DNA of 37,989 nt. Origin: Candidatus Woesearchaeota archaeon. GTDB lineage: Archaea > Nanobdellota > Nanobdellia > SCGC-AAA011-G17 > PNOQ01. The DNA lies in the NCBI GenBank assembly GCA_043812195.1, contig JBDRML010000021.1:1-37989 (forward strand), given 5' to 3'. Shown here one piece after another: positions 29,533 through 37,989 of the stretch; the first letter of the stretch is position 1, and every line of letters begins with the position of its first letter. The position numbers were made by a program, and so were the translations under genes. The notes beneath the pieces were generated by a model. The model saw nothing but the letters and a program-made list of their open reading frames with translations, searched no databases and had not been told where the DNA came from.

Positions 29533-30299
29533 TGGGGATTGAACTTAGCGTAAAACAAATTATATATGCAATACTTATTATTTTACTAATACTTATTGTA
29601 ATTTTTGGACCTGGCAATCTTTTACGATCTCTTGGTTTGAATATTAATATATTTTCTAATCCTGAAGAGATAGAGACTCATAGAAAAGCTAATGAAGTAG
29701 GTGATAATTTATTTGATTATTTAAATAAGTGTGTTAACGATAGAACTGAAAGTGTTGAAGAATGTTTTTGTTTTAATAAAAATATAGAGTTGCCAACTAA
29801 TTATCTCTTGAAATTTTATAATAATAAGAATGATAGTAGTTTCAAGTTCGAACTTAAAACAAATAAAGGTGCTAAACTTAGAGAACATGGATGGATTAGT
29901 AATAGTGTTGTTTTAGGATGTTTAGATATTGGAAATTGTTTTTTGGGCTCTGATAAAATTGTTGAAGATGGAATTAATTTGATTTATTCTAATCCTTCTT
30001 TAATTCAAATTGAACCTAAAAATGGGAAAGAAGTAAATTCAGAATTTGATGAGAATTATGTTTTCTTTTATTCTTTTAAGCCTAATGATAAAAAAGCTAC
30101 GATGTATTTGGTTTCTAAATCTTATGCATATAGGCAAATAAGGGATGGTGCTAAATTTTGTGGTGAAGAAGATTTAATTCAGTATACTAATAGAATGGAA
30201 TCATATTTGATTAATTATCCTTCTTCTAATATGGCTATAGAATATGATGATTTTGGTTTATTTGGATATGGTGGTTGGGCTAGTGAGGTGACTGAATAA
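29532..30299 (+). CDS. Pilin-like/membrane-anchored protein
   Basis: MG|IELSVKQIIYAILIILLILIVIF: pilin-like H-domain with a truncated leader; Cys-containing extracellular domain. Confidence 0.6.
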   Translation: MGIELSVKQIIYAILIILLILIVIFGPGNLLRSLGLNINIFSNPEEIETHRKANEVGDNLFDYLNKCVNDRTESVEECFCFNKNIELPTNYLLKFYNNKNDSSFKFELKTNKGAKLREHGWISNSVVLGCLDIGNCFLGSDKIVEDGINLIYSNPSLIQIEPKNGKEVNSEFDENYVFFYSFKPNDKKATMYLVSKSYAYRQIRDGAKFCGEEDLIQYTNRMESYLINYPSSNMAIEYDDFGLFGYGGWASEVTE

Positions 30300-30300
30300 G

Positions 30301-31836
30301 ATGAAGAAATATGTGCTTTTTTTTGTGCTTTTTATTGGAATGGTTTCTTTAGTTAATGGTGCTGATTTAACATGTGATAGTCAATATGTTGTTCAAAAAG
30401 GCGATAGTGCTTGGGATTTATGGAATGAGTATGAAGATCAATTAGATATTGATTGGGCTCAATTTCAGACTTTAAACCCACATATAGATGAATTAAATAT
30501 CATTGATATTGGAGATGTTCTTTGTTTATCTAATGAATATAAAAAGATTAAGTATACAGTGAAAGCCAGAGATACATTATTAGAAATATGGCAAAAATAT
30601 GCTAAACCATTTGGACTTACTTCTTGGGATGAATTTGTTTCTGTGAATGAAATTAGTGATATTAATTTGATAGATATTGGAGAACAATTTGTGATATCTA
30701 AGAAATTTAATAAAAAGCAAAGAGATGAAGATGGAGAATTGATTATGAATTCAAAGAAAATTGATTATTATACTTTAGAGTATGGTGATGATTTGCCTGC
30801 TCTTTATCGAGTATTTGATTATGCGAATGCTATCGAAGATGTTGTATCTTTAAATAAAAAATTGAATGAATTTTATGAAGATAGAAATAGAGATTTAAGA
30901 CATAGTTTCTATGTAGTTACTTTTCCAGGTAGTGGTTCTTTTTATGGTAACATGTTTGCAGCTTACTTATATTATGAAAAGATAGGTAGTCCAAATGCTA
31001 ATTCTTTTTTGATTGTTTATTATAAAGATGACAAATTTATTAGTGTTATAGGGGCAGATAGTAAGGCTGAATATACTAAGAAATTGTATGAGGCTATTAA
31101 TGGTAATAGCTATTTGACAGAAGATTATAAATTTGATTTGGGAAAAACTATTTTGAATGGAATACTTGAAGTAACTGATTTAGATGAAAATAGTATTCAG
31201 AAGTTTTTTGGGTTTTTTGAAGATTGGCTTAAGATAAATAAAGATGAAAGAAAAGCTAAGTTGGAGAATGCTATTTATTATGCAAAGAAAAATAGTATAG
31301 TAGAAAGAACTTGCGACTGTGGAGATGAATGTGAAGATTATGCAAAATTGATTTTAGAAAATTCAGAAAAAAATAATATTGATCCTTTATTGAGTTTATC
31401 TTTAATGATGCAGGAAAGTAGTTGTAATAGTGAAGCTAAATCAGGTACCTCATGTGGATTATATCAAATTCCTTGTGAAACTTCTAATTGGAAAGATCCT
31501 GAAATTAATGTGCCAAAAGGACATCAAATTTTGAGAGAGAAATATGGTTATTTTAATCATAATGTTTGTTCATTAGATAAAGATTGCAAACCTAAATTTG
31601 TTAATTTTTGTGGTACAGAAAATTGTAGATCTGATTGCTCTGATGGATATTGTTATTATGAATTTGTTGGCTGTGGATCAAATAAGAGACAGAATGATAA
31701 TGGGCATTTGTTTTATTCTGGCTGGAATGCGGCTATAAGGGCTTATAATGGATGGGGATGTGATACTACACTAAAAAATCAAGATAAATTTGCTGATGAA
31801 GTTTGGAATAGGTACTTAGAACTTAAAAAAGTTTAA
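30301..31836 (+). CDS. Secreted LysM-LysM-TPM-like-SLT lytic transglycosylase
   Basis: Sec signal (MKKYVLFF..VNG/AD). LysM1 YVVQKGDS..LNP..IDIGDVLCL and LysM2 YTVKARDTL..N.I.DINLIDIGEQFVI. SLT motifs: IDPLL..MMQES (E372), GLYQI, DPEINV..G..IL and AAIRAYNG.G. Confidence 0.88.
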   Translation: MKKYVLFFVLFIGMVSLVNGADLTCDSQYVVQKGDSAWDLWNEYEDQLDIDWAQFQTLNPHIDELNIIDIGDVLCLSNEYKKIKYTVKARDTLLEIWQKYAKPFGLTSWDEFVSVNEISDINLIDIGEQFVISKKFNKKQRDEDGELIMNSKKIDYYTLEYGDDLPALYRVFDYANAIEDVVSLNKKLNEFYEDRNRDLRHSFYVVTFPGSGSFYGNMFAAYLYYEKIGSPNANSFLIVYYKDDKFISVIGADSKAEYTKKLYEAINGNSYLTEDYKFDLGKTILNGILEVTDLDENSIQKFFGFFEDWLKINKDERKAKLENAIYYAKKNSIVERTCDCGDECEDYAKLILENSEKNNIDPLLSLSLMMQESSCNSEAKSGTSCGLYQIPCETSNWKDPEINVPKGHQILREKYGYFNHNVCSLDKDCKPKFVNFCGTENCRSDCSDGYCYYEFVGCGSNKRQNDNGHLFYSGWNAAIRAYNGWGCDTTLKNQDKFADEVWNRYLELKKV

Positions 31837-31890
31837 ACAGAAAGCTTTAAATATTAATTAGTTGATTTTAAATTATTGAGGTGAATATAG

Positions 31891-32223
31891 TTGTTAAATA
31901 AAAAAGGTCAAGGATTACAGGTTTCTACTGTTATAATTATTATTCTTGCTCTATTAGTTTTAGTTATTTTAGCTGTTATAGTTACTGGTGGATTTGCTGA
32001 ATTTGCTGAGAAGATAGGATTTATAAAAAAGACTTCAATTTCTTTAGATGATGCTAAATTAGATTGTCAATCTTGGTGTAATTCTCCTAATTCTGATATT
32101 CGTAAGAAGTTTTGTGGAAGTAGAACAGATAAATTTAAGATAGATAGTGATGGAGATGGAAAAGATGAACTTTATTCGTGTGAAGATTTAGGTCTTGCAT
32201 GTCCTGCTGTAGATTGTTCATAA
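31891..32223 (+). CDS. Type IV pilin (class III signal peptide; candidate major pilin)
   Basis: KKG|QGLQVSTVIIIILALLVLVILAVIV; own promoter-like AGAAAGCTTTAAAT and SD GAGGTG; 6 Cys; DSDGDGKDE loop. Confidence 0.85.
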   Translation: MLNKKGQGLQVSTVIIIILALLVLVILAVIVTGGFAEFAEKIGFIKKTSISLDDAKLDCQSWCNSPNSDIRKKFCGSRTDKFKIDSDGDGKDELYSCEDLGLACPAVDCS

Positions 32224-32249
32224 AAGTAAATTAATTTATTATTTATAAA

Positions 32250-32432
32250 ATGTTTAATAAAAAAGGTGAAGGATTATCTATAAGCACTATTGTATATTTG
32301 ATTCTTGGTTTATTGGTTTTAATTTTACTTATTTTAATTTTTACTGGGCAAGCTAGTTCTATTTTTGATAGTGTTAAAGAAACAATTCAAAATGTTTTAG
32401 GAATGGAACCTAGTTTAGAAGGTGTAAAATGA
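32250..32432 (+). CDS. Short type IV pilin (class III signal peptide)
   Basis: KKG|EGLSISTIVYLILGLLVLILLILIFTG; the N-terminus is paralogous to the 31891 gene. Confidence 0.8.
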   Translation: MFNKKGEGLSISTIVYLILGLLVLILLILIFTGQASSIFDSVKETIQNVLGMEPSLEGVK

Positions 32433-32944
32433 ATAAAATAGGGGAATTGTCAAAAACTATTTGGATAATTGCCAGTATATCTCTTGGTATTGTTGCATTA
32501 CTTTTTGTTCTTTTTCTTTTGAATACTGTTTATGGTTTGATTTTTGGAGGTGGTGGAGTTGATGATGAAACTAAAGAGACTTTTGAAGGACTTTCTATTG
32601 CATTAGAGAAATTAGAAGGAAGTGGTGATATTCTTTTTAAGTTTAGTAAAAGTTATAGCATGATTATTTTTGATAAAAGTAACTCTGCTTCCGGCGATAT
32701 TGGATATTATACTAGGCCATCTTCTTGTTTTAATACAGCATGTATAGTTTTATGTAAAGATAAATCTAATCAGGATTCTTGTTTAGAATCTAAATATATA
32801 ATTTATAATAATATTGATAGTTTTGGTACTTCTTCTGACAAAGGAATAGTTTATCCAGCTGAAATTGGAAAGTCTAAGGATGAGTTGAAATTATTAGAAT
32901 TTGTTAAATCTGATAATACTATTGAACTTAATGTTGCTAATTAA
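32429..32944 (+). CDS. Minor pilin-like protein
   Basis: NKIG|ELSKTIWIIASISLGIVALLFVLFLL; ATGA overlap; Cys pairs. Confidence 0.7.
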   Translation: MNKIGELSKTIWIIASISLGIVALLFVLFLLNTVYGLIFGGGGVDDETKETFEGLSIALEKLEGSGDILFKFSKSYSMIIFDKSNSASGDIGYYTRPSSCFNTACIVLCKDKSNQDSCLESKYIIYNNIDSFGTSSDKGIVYPAEIGKSKDELKLLEFVKSDNTIELNVAN

Positions 32945-33010
32945 GAGGATTCTTAAAATATTAGTGAGTTCAAAAACATTATATATATGTAATTTTATAT
33001 TCTTGTTGAT

Positions 33011-33406
33011 ATGGAAGAATCACAGTCTTTAATATGGGTTGGATATATAGTTCTAGTCGTTCTAGTTTTTTTGGGATTATTTGGGATTATGAATAAGATG
33101 GTAGATAATTCTGGTATTAAACAAGAATTATATGCAAGAGATGCTTCATTAATTGAAAGTATTTTATTAACTAATAATTATGATCATAATGTTAGTGTCA
33201 ATATTGATTCTGATTTTGAGTATTCTTTTAATGGATGTAGTGTTCTTGTAAATAAGAAAGGAACAAATTTAGAATCTGCTGCAAAATATTTCTGTGCTGA
33301 TAATTTAGTTGTTAATAGGGTTTATAATGCTAGTTTTGATTATGATTCTTTATTTTTTAAGTTGAAAGATAATGAATTGAGTGGGTTGGTGGTTATTAAT
33401 GAATAA
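33011..33406 (+). CDS. Pilin-like/membrane-anchored protein
   Basis: N-terminal H-domain without a basic leader; ARD-containing helix then a beta-rich domain; inside the pilin cluster. Confidence 0.6.
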   Translation: MEESQSLIWVGYIVLVVLVFLGLFGIMNKMVDNSGIKQELYARDASLIESILLTNNYDHNVSVNIDSDFEYSFNGCSVLVNKKGTNLESAAKYFCADNLVVNRVYNASFDYDSLFFKLKDNELSGLVVINE

Positions 33407-33890
33407 AAGAGGAATATCTAATGAATATGAGATGCCACAGATGCTTTTTTATGCTTTCATGGTTCTTTTAGTTTCTTTAGTATTATTATTTGGTTTTGGA
33501 ATTGGCGTTAAAAAAGATGTTGATACAGTTTCATTGGAAAGAACTATTAGTGAGTATAGATTGTTTAATTCTCCTGATTGTTTTGGCTATTTAGATGATG
33601 GTTTTTTTGTTAAAGGTGTTATAGATAGGGAGAAATTTAATGAAGATGTTCTTGGTAATTGTTTAGCTTATCCAGATGGAAAAATACAAGGAATTAAATT
33701 GAAATTAAAAGATATAGAAGGTAATGATTTAGAGAATATAGAATTGAATGATAAACTAGTTAGCCAAATGTTTGCTTGTGAACATAGTGACGATTATGAA
33801 TGTTTTAATGATAGAAAATATATTTTGTATAAAGAAAATGATCAAATTAAAAGAGGTGTATTGGATTTTTTGATAATAAGTGAAAAATGA
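33399..33890 (+). CDS. Minor pilin-like protein
   Basis: The start is more likely ATG 33399 than GTG 33381, giving MNKRG|ISNEYEMPQMLFYAFMVLLVSLVLL. Confidence 0.7.
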   Translation: MNKRGISNEYEMPQMLFYAFMVLLVSLVLLFGFGIGVKKDVDTVSLERTISEYRLFNSPDCFGYLDDGFFVKGVIDREKFNEDVLGNCLAYPDGKIQGIKLKLKDIEGNDLENIELNDKLVSQMFACEHSDDYECFNDRKYILYKENDQIKRGVLDFLIISEK

Positions 33891-34417
33891 TTAATAAAAA
33901 AGCTCTTATGTTGATTTCTGATCCTTTTGCTATTATTGGTATTCTTATTTTATTAGGTGCTTATATGGCTATAATGATTGGTTTTGGTGTTGGAGGATAT
34001 ACTTACATATACACAAATGATTTTTCTTTTACTAGTGTGAATTTATATTCTTATTTAGAGAGTCCTGTAGATGATTCTAGAATGGTTGATTTGCTAAGAG
34101 AATATGTTGAGAGTGATTTTAGTGATATTAATTTAGAAAATAAGATTAAGGATGAAAGTATAATAATCTTAAGAAAGCTTAATTTCTGTGCTAATGAAAA
34201 TTCTTATTATAATTATATACTTTTAGAGAATGAGGATAATGAACTTAGAATATTCTCATCTAATTTTGCTGAAGATCTTTATTTGAAAAGAGATCAAGAT
34301 AGTCTTTCTTCAACAACAGATCAGAGAATTCCTTATGATGATGGTATATTTTTTGTTAGATTTGGTGCTTTTATTGAGGATGATGATAAAGGTTGTAGCG
34401 AGGTGGTGAGTGTATGA
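33887..34417 (+). CDS. Minor pilin-like protein
   Basis: NKKA|LMLISDPFAIIGILILLGAYMAIM; ATGA overlap. Confidence 0.7.
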   Translation: MINKKALMLISDPFAIIGILILLGAYMAIMIGFGVGGYTYIYTNDFSFTSVNLYSYLESPVDDSRMVDLLREYVESDFSDINLENKIKDESIIILRKLNFCANENSYYNYILLENEDNELRIFSSNFAEDLYLKRDQDSLSSTTDQRIPYDDGIFFVRFGAFIEDDDKGCSEVVSV

Positions 34418-35157
34418 ATAAAAGAGGATTTTTGATGCTCTCTTTGTTTATTTTTACAATTATAGCAGTTGGTATTGCTCTTTATGTTTCCTCTACTATT
34501 AGTAATGTGGCCTTTTCTGAGAATTTAGGAGATATACAGCTTGGTGTAATGAACAATTCTAATTTAATATATGAAGAATTATATTTTAAAAATGAAATCC
34601 TGAAATCAACTGCAGGAGATTCTGTTTTTGAACTTGGAAATGTTGGTGGGGTTTTTGATGGTGAGTTTGTTGATGATTACAATGTTTGGTATAGGGGTGG
34701 AAAAGAATGTTGGCCTAATGAAGATAGTTTAACTGAGAATTATATTTTGGTTCTTGAAGATAAAATGGATTTCTATGAAGAATCTGATTATAATTTAAAA
34801 ATAGAAAAAGAAGATTCAGGTTTTATTAAAATTATTAGCGAGCTTGAAATATATAATGAAATTCTTAAAGATGATTATAATGTGAGTACATTTTCTGATG
34901 AAGGTTTAACTTATACTCTAGAATATAATTTTGATGATTTTGAAACAAAGGTTAAGAATATTAGAGATGATATTTTAGTAGAGTGTTCTGATGATTTTGC
35001 ATGTTGGGAAGAGAAAAAGAATTCTAGAAATTGGTTCAAAAGTCTTGATGTGAATGGGAAAGTATTTAAGTTCAAGCTCGTTTCTGATTCTGTTGGGGGA
35101 GAAGAGGTGATTATAAAGGGGGCTATCGACTTTAACGAAGGTAATTTAGAATGTTAA
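34414..35157 (+). CDS. Minor pilin-like protein
   Basis: NKRG|FLMLSLFIFTIIAVGIAL; LGNVGG motif; acidic extracellular domain; ATGA overlap. Confidence 0.7.
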   Translation: MNKRGFLMLSLFIFTIIAVGIALYVSSTISNVAFSENLGDIQLGVMNNSNLIYEELYFKNEILKSTAGDSVFELGNVGGVFDGEFVDDYNVWYRGGKECWPNEDSLTENYILVLEDKMDFYEESDYNLKIEKEDSGFIKIISELEIYNEILKDDYNVSTFSDEGLTYTLEYNFDDFETKVKNIRDDILVECSDDFACWEEKKNSRNWFKSLDVNGKVFKFKLVSDSVGGEEVIIKGAIDFNEGNLEC

Positions 35158-36125
35158 AATTTAGTTATTCTGAGATTGTTGAAAAAATACAGAAAGAAAA
35201 AAGTTTGAGTAAAGAAGAGATAGATAAAAAAATAAAAGAGAAAATGGCTCAACTTTCTGATTTGGTTAGCATGGAAGGTGCTGCCCACATAGTTGCTAAT
35301 CAATTAGGTGTTAAATTATTTGAAAATTTTGAGAATAAAGAATTGAAAATAAATGATGTTCCTAAAGCTGCTAATGCAATTACTATTGCAGGAAGAGTTG
35401 TTGATTTTTGGGGTATTAGAGAATTTAATAAAAATGGAAGAAGTGGTAGAGTTGCTAATTTTTTGATTGGAGATGAAACTGGTGCTGTTAGGATTGTAGT
35501 TTGGGATGAACCTATAATTAATAAAGTTGCTAATTTGAAAGAAGGTGATATTGTTAGAGTTAAGAATTCTTATTCTAGGGAAAATAGAGGTTATATGGAA
35601 TTGCATTTAGGTAGCAGATCTGAAATTGATATAAATCCTAAAGGTGTGGAAATTGGTGAAGTTAATATTAAATTGAATTCTCCTAAAGCTACTAAGAAAA
35701 ATATTAATGAATTAAAAGAAGGGGACGAATCTGAGTTATTTGGTACTATTGTTCGAATGTTTGATCCTAATTTTTATTTTGTGTGTCCTAATTGTATGAG
35801 GAAGGTAATTCCTATAGGTGCTAAATATAATTGTAATGAGCATGGAGAAGTTGAAGCTAAAAAAATGCCTGTTTTTAATTTGTTTTTTGATGATGGGACT
35901 GAAAGTATTAGGTCTGTAGTGTTTGCCCAACAGACTAAAGATTTGATTGGTTCTGAATTTAGTGAGGATAGTAATTTAGAGGCTATTAAAAGTGAATTAT
36001 TGGGTAAACAGATTATTTTAATTGGTAGGGCTGTTAAAAATCAGATGTTTGGAAGATTAGAATTTGTTGTTAGAGCTATAAAAGAAGCTGACCCCTCTCA
36101 ATTGATTAAGGAATTAGAAAAATGA
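35151..36125 (+). CDS. rpa: Replication protein A (ssDNA-binding; OB folds plus zinc finger)
   Basis: GAAHIVANQLGV N-terminal motif, OB fold GRVAN..IGDETGAVRIVVW, Zn finger CPNC..CNEH, second OB DDGTESIR. Confidence 0.88.
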   Translation: MLKFSYSEIVEKIQKEKSLSKEEIDKKIKEKMAQLSDLVSMEGAAHIVANQLGVKLFENFENKELKINDVPKAANAITIAGRVVDFWGIREFNKNGRSGRVANFLIGDETGAVRIVVWDEPIINKVANLKEGDIVRVKNSYSRENRGYMELHLGSRSEIDINPKGVEIGEVNIKLNSPKATKKNINELKEGDESELFGTIVRMFDPNFYFVCPNCMRKVIPIGAKYNCNEHGEVEAKKMPVFNLFFDDGTESIRSVVFAQQTKDLIGSEFSEDSNLEAIKSELLGKQIILIGRAVKNQMFGRLEFVVRAIKEADPSQLIKELEK

Positions 36126-36147
36126 TTTAGAAAAGTTTATCATTTCT

Positions 36148-37251
36148 TCAATATAATCCTAAAGCTCCAGTATTGGAATCCGAGTCATCCCAATCTCTCT
36201 CAAATTCACATTCTTGGGGACAAGTGGATGGTTTAACTTCAGTTATCCCCCAATTGCAAAAATTATCATTATCTTTGTCTACACATAGGATATCATATGA
36301 TTCTCCAGTTGGAGAAACATAGGGGCCTAATGGAATAATCCCAGGATTTATTTCATCAATTACATATCTATTTTCTTTAGGATCGATTCTATCAGTCACA
36401 GTTTTATAACCGTTTTCTTCATCATCTAGTCCGCGACTGTTTTTGAATATCCACATTGTTTGTCCATTTTTATTTGTTTCATACCCGGACAATACCATCG
36501 CGTGGTTCATATAATTAAGCCCAGTTGCTATTGGCCCATTCTCAATTAAAATTTTTTTAAATTCGTTTTCGTTTGTTAAATCATTATATTGACAATTTGA
36601 CCCACTTTCCCCTATCTCTCCTAAATTATTAATTACATAAATTTCATAATCATTAATTTTCCAGTTTTTGTTTTGCCAGTCAGAACAAATGTTTTTATAG
36701 GTACATTTTCCACGATATAACATAGAATATGGGTCACATTCTTCTAAGATTATTCCATGTTCTTTAAAGCGACAAAAATTCCGTGCCATTGATCCACAAT
36801 CATTATTTTCGCAGGCATTAGGAAGAAAAAATTCTTGAATGCTTTTAGTATCTCCTGGAGAACAACAGTTAATACAATCTTCTAAGAATTGTTCTGCAAG
36901 ATCAACATCAAGGTGCTGGTTGTAATAAAGATTTATATGTGCTTCAATTGCACCAATTATTGCAAAGCTGTAACATGCATCGTTGTTTCCTTGATTCTTC
37001 ACGGGAGTCATCCAATTCTCATTATGCCTATCTCTCCAATTAAATGACTTTGGAAGTTTGCAGTCACCTAAACAACATCTATTTGTATTGGTGCTAGTTA
37101 GAATAGAACCGTCACAAACTTGATGATTATAGCATATTTCTTCATTTTGTTCCTGACAAGTTTTTGATTCATTTTGTTCTTCATTTATTTTACAACTATT
37201 CAGAAATATTAAGCTTATGATTAGTATAGTTATTACTATTATTTTTTTCAT
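36148..37251 (-). CDS. Secreted papain-like (C1A) cysteine peptidase
   Basis: LPKSFNWR, PVKNQG..ACYSFA (catalytic Cys), NHAM (His), KNSRG (Asn); lipoprotein-like signal LIFLNSC. Confidence 0.85.
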   Translation of the reverse strand: MKKIIVITILIISLIFLNSCKINEEQNESKTCQEQNEEICYNHQVCDGSILTSTNTNRCCLGDCKLPKSFNWRDRHNENWMTPVKNQGNNDACYSFAIIGAIEAHINLYYNQHLDVDLAEQFLEDCINCCSPGDTKSIQEFFLPNACENNDCGSMARNFCRFKEHGIILEECDPYSMLYRGKCTYKNICSDWQNKNWKINDYEIYVINNLGEIGESGSNCQYNDLTNENEFKKILIENGPIATGLNYMNHAMVLSGYETNKNGQTMWIFKNSRGLDDEENGYKTVTDRIDPKENRYVIDEINPGIIPLGPYVSPTGESYDILCVDKDNDNFCNWGITEVKPSTCPQECEFERDWDDSDSNTGALGLY

Positions 37252-37385
37252 ATGGTTTCCTGTGATTATAAGTATAAAAATATTCCCATATTTTCTCTGG
37301 TAAAAATTTCTATATAATATTATTTAAACTACACGGTAAACAATTTAGAAACGTTTATAACTTCTTTTACAATTTTAAGTTTACT

Positions 37386-37841
37386 ATGATGTTTAAAACC
37401 CATGTGGCTTTTGCAATTCTAGTTGGAATAGTTTTTATTCAGATGTTTGAGATGCAATATTGGTGGTTATTTTTGCTTGTAACTGTGTTTATAGCTGGAA
37501 TTCCTGATATTGATGCTCATAAAAGTACTTATGGTAAAAGAATCAAACCTTTATCTTTTTTGATAAACTTGTTTTTTGGACATAGGGGATTATTTCATAG
37601 TTTTATTTTTGCTGTATTTTTGTTTATAATTTTTAATTTATTTGGAAATAGTACTTTAGCAGCTGCTTCTTTATTGGGATATAGTTCTCATTTATTGTTA
37701 GATGCTTTGACTAAACAAGGAATTATGCCATTAGTTCCTATATCTACTTTCAGAGTTCATGGGTTTATTAAATCTGGTGGGATTTTTGATTGGGCTTTGT
37801 TCTTTGTTTTTATAATTGGTATTGTTTTTGTGTTGATTTGA
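37386..37841 (+). CDS. Membrane-bound metal-dependent hydrolase (YdjM family)
   Basis: TH, PDID, HRGLFHS and GYSSHLLLDALT motifs. Confidence 0.88.
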   Translation: MMFKTHVAFAILVGIVFIQMFEMQYWWLFLLVTVFIAGIPDIDAHKSTYGKRIKPLSFLINLFFGHRGLFHSFIFAVFLFIIFNLFGNSTLAAASLLGYSSHLLLDALTKQGIMPLVPISTFRVHGFIKSGGIFDWALFFVFIIGIVFVLI

Positions 37842-37894
37842 AAGTTTTAACAGCATCTCCGAATAAGAATTCTCTACTCAAGAATTAATAGAAA

Positions 37895-37927
37895 ATAGCA
37901 AATATGAGCAGAACCCATATTTGCTAT
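37895..37927. repeat. Perfect 12-bp inverted repeat (hairpin)
   Basis: ATAGCAAATATG, 9-nt loop AGCAGAACC, CATATTTGCTAT. Confidence 0.6.
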
Positions 37928-37989
37928 GGTCCTTAAACCAATTAGATGGATTAAGAAGCAATTAAAAAAGCTTTTCTCTACATTATTTA

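Noticed and set aside
20257-35157. Archaellum (arl/fla) operon
   Set aside because: No ArlH (KaiC-like), no ArlF/G and no archaellin N-terminal signature; the pilin-like genes are diverse non-archaellin types.
4299-35930. Many short antisense or alternate-frame ORFs in the track (e.g. 4299-4502, 6931-7302, 11582-11989, 19226-19477, 24023-24493, 29268-29501, 35316-35606)
   Set aside because: They overlap well-supported genes, have I/L/S/F-rich shadow composition and show no motifs.
10506-37357. Recurring AGAAA-NN-TTTAWA motif as an integron-like or CRISPR-like repeat
   Set aside because: It lies about 25-50 nt upstream of many ordinary genes and fits BRE/TATA promoter consensus, with no regular spacing. 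Only the longer extended matches were kept as findings.
1-37989. tRNA, rRNA, CRISPR arrays, integrase or transposase
   Set aside because: No GC-rich structured RNA tract, no regularly spaced repeats and no recombinase motifs were seen by eye.

Overview
AT-rich archaeal chromosome segment. Gene content, short intergenic spacers and AGAAA-NN-TTTAWA promoters fit a DPANN/Nanobdellota lineage such as Woesearchaeota (inference). The window opens with two ORB-like boxes, a probable oriC edge, followed by the orc1/cdc6-PolD (DP1, DP2) operon. A mixed housekeeping and accessory block follows: an AsnRS-like catalytic-core-only protein, a TctA-like permease, PAN, a decayed free-standing LAGLIDADG endonuclease, a 2H phosphoesterase, an M64-like peptidase, a helicase-only Hef, a DEDDh exonuclease, a degenerate M50/S2P homolog, a PRC-barrel protein and three paralogous membrane proteins. 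From about 19 to 36 kb lies a large type IV pilus-like locus: a secretion ATPase with a 508-aa Ser1 intein, a two-domain TadC/ArlJ-like platform, and about 11 pilin-like genes, two of them too short for the ORF track. The most striking feature is a secreted LysM-LysM-TPM-like-SLT lytic transglycosylase inside the pilin cluster. Archaea lack murein, so this suggests a contact-dependent machine for binding and breaching bacterial cell walls. Several foreign-looking single genes are flanked by short direct repeats of host sequence, including a 50-bp copy of the ATPase 3' end. No rRNA, tRNA or CRISPR array was seen.
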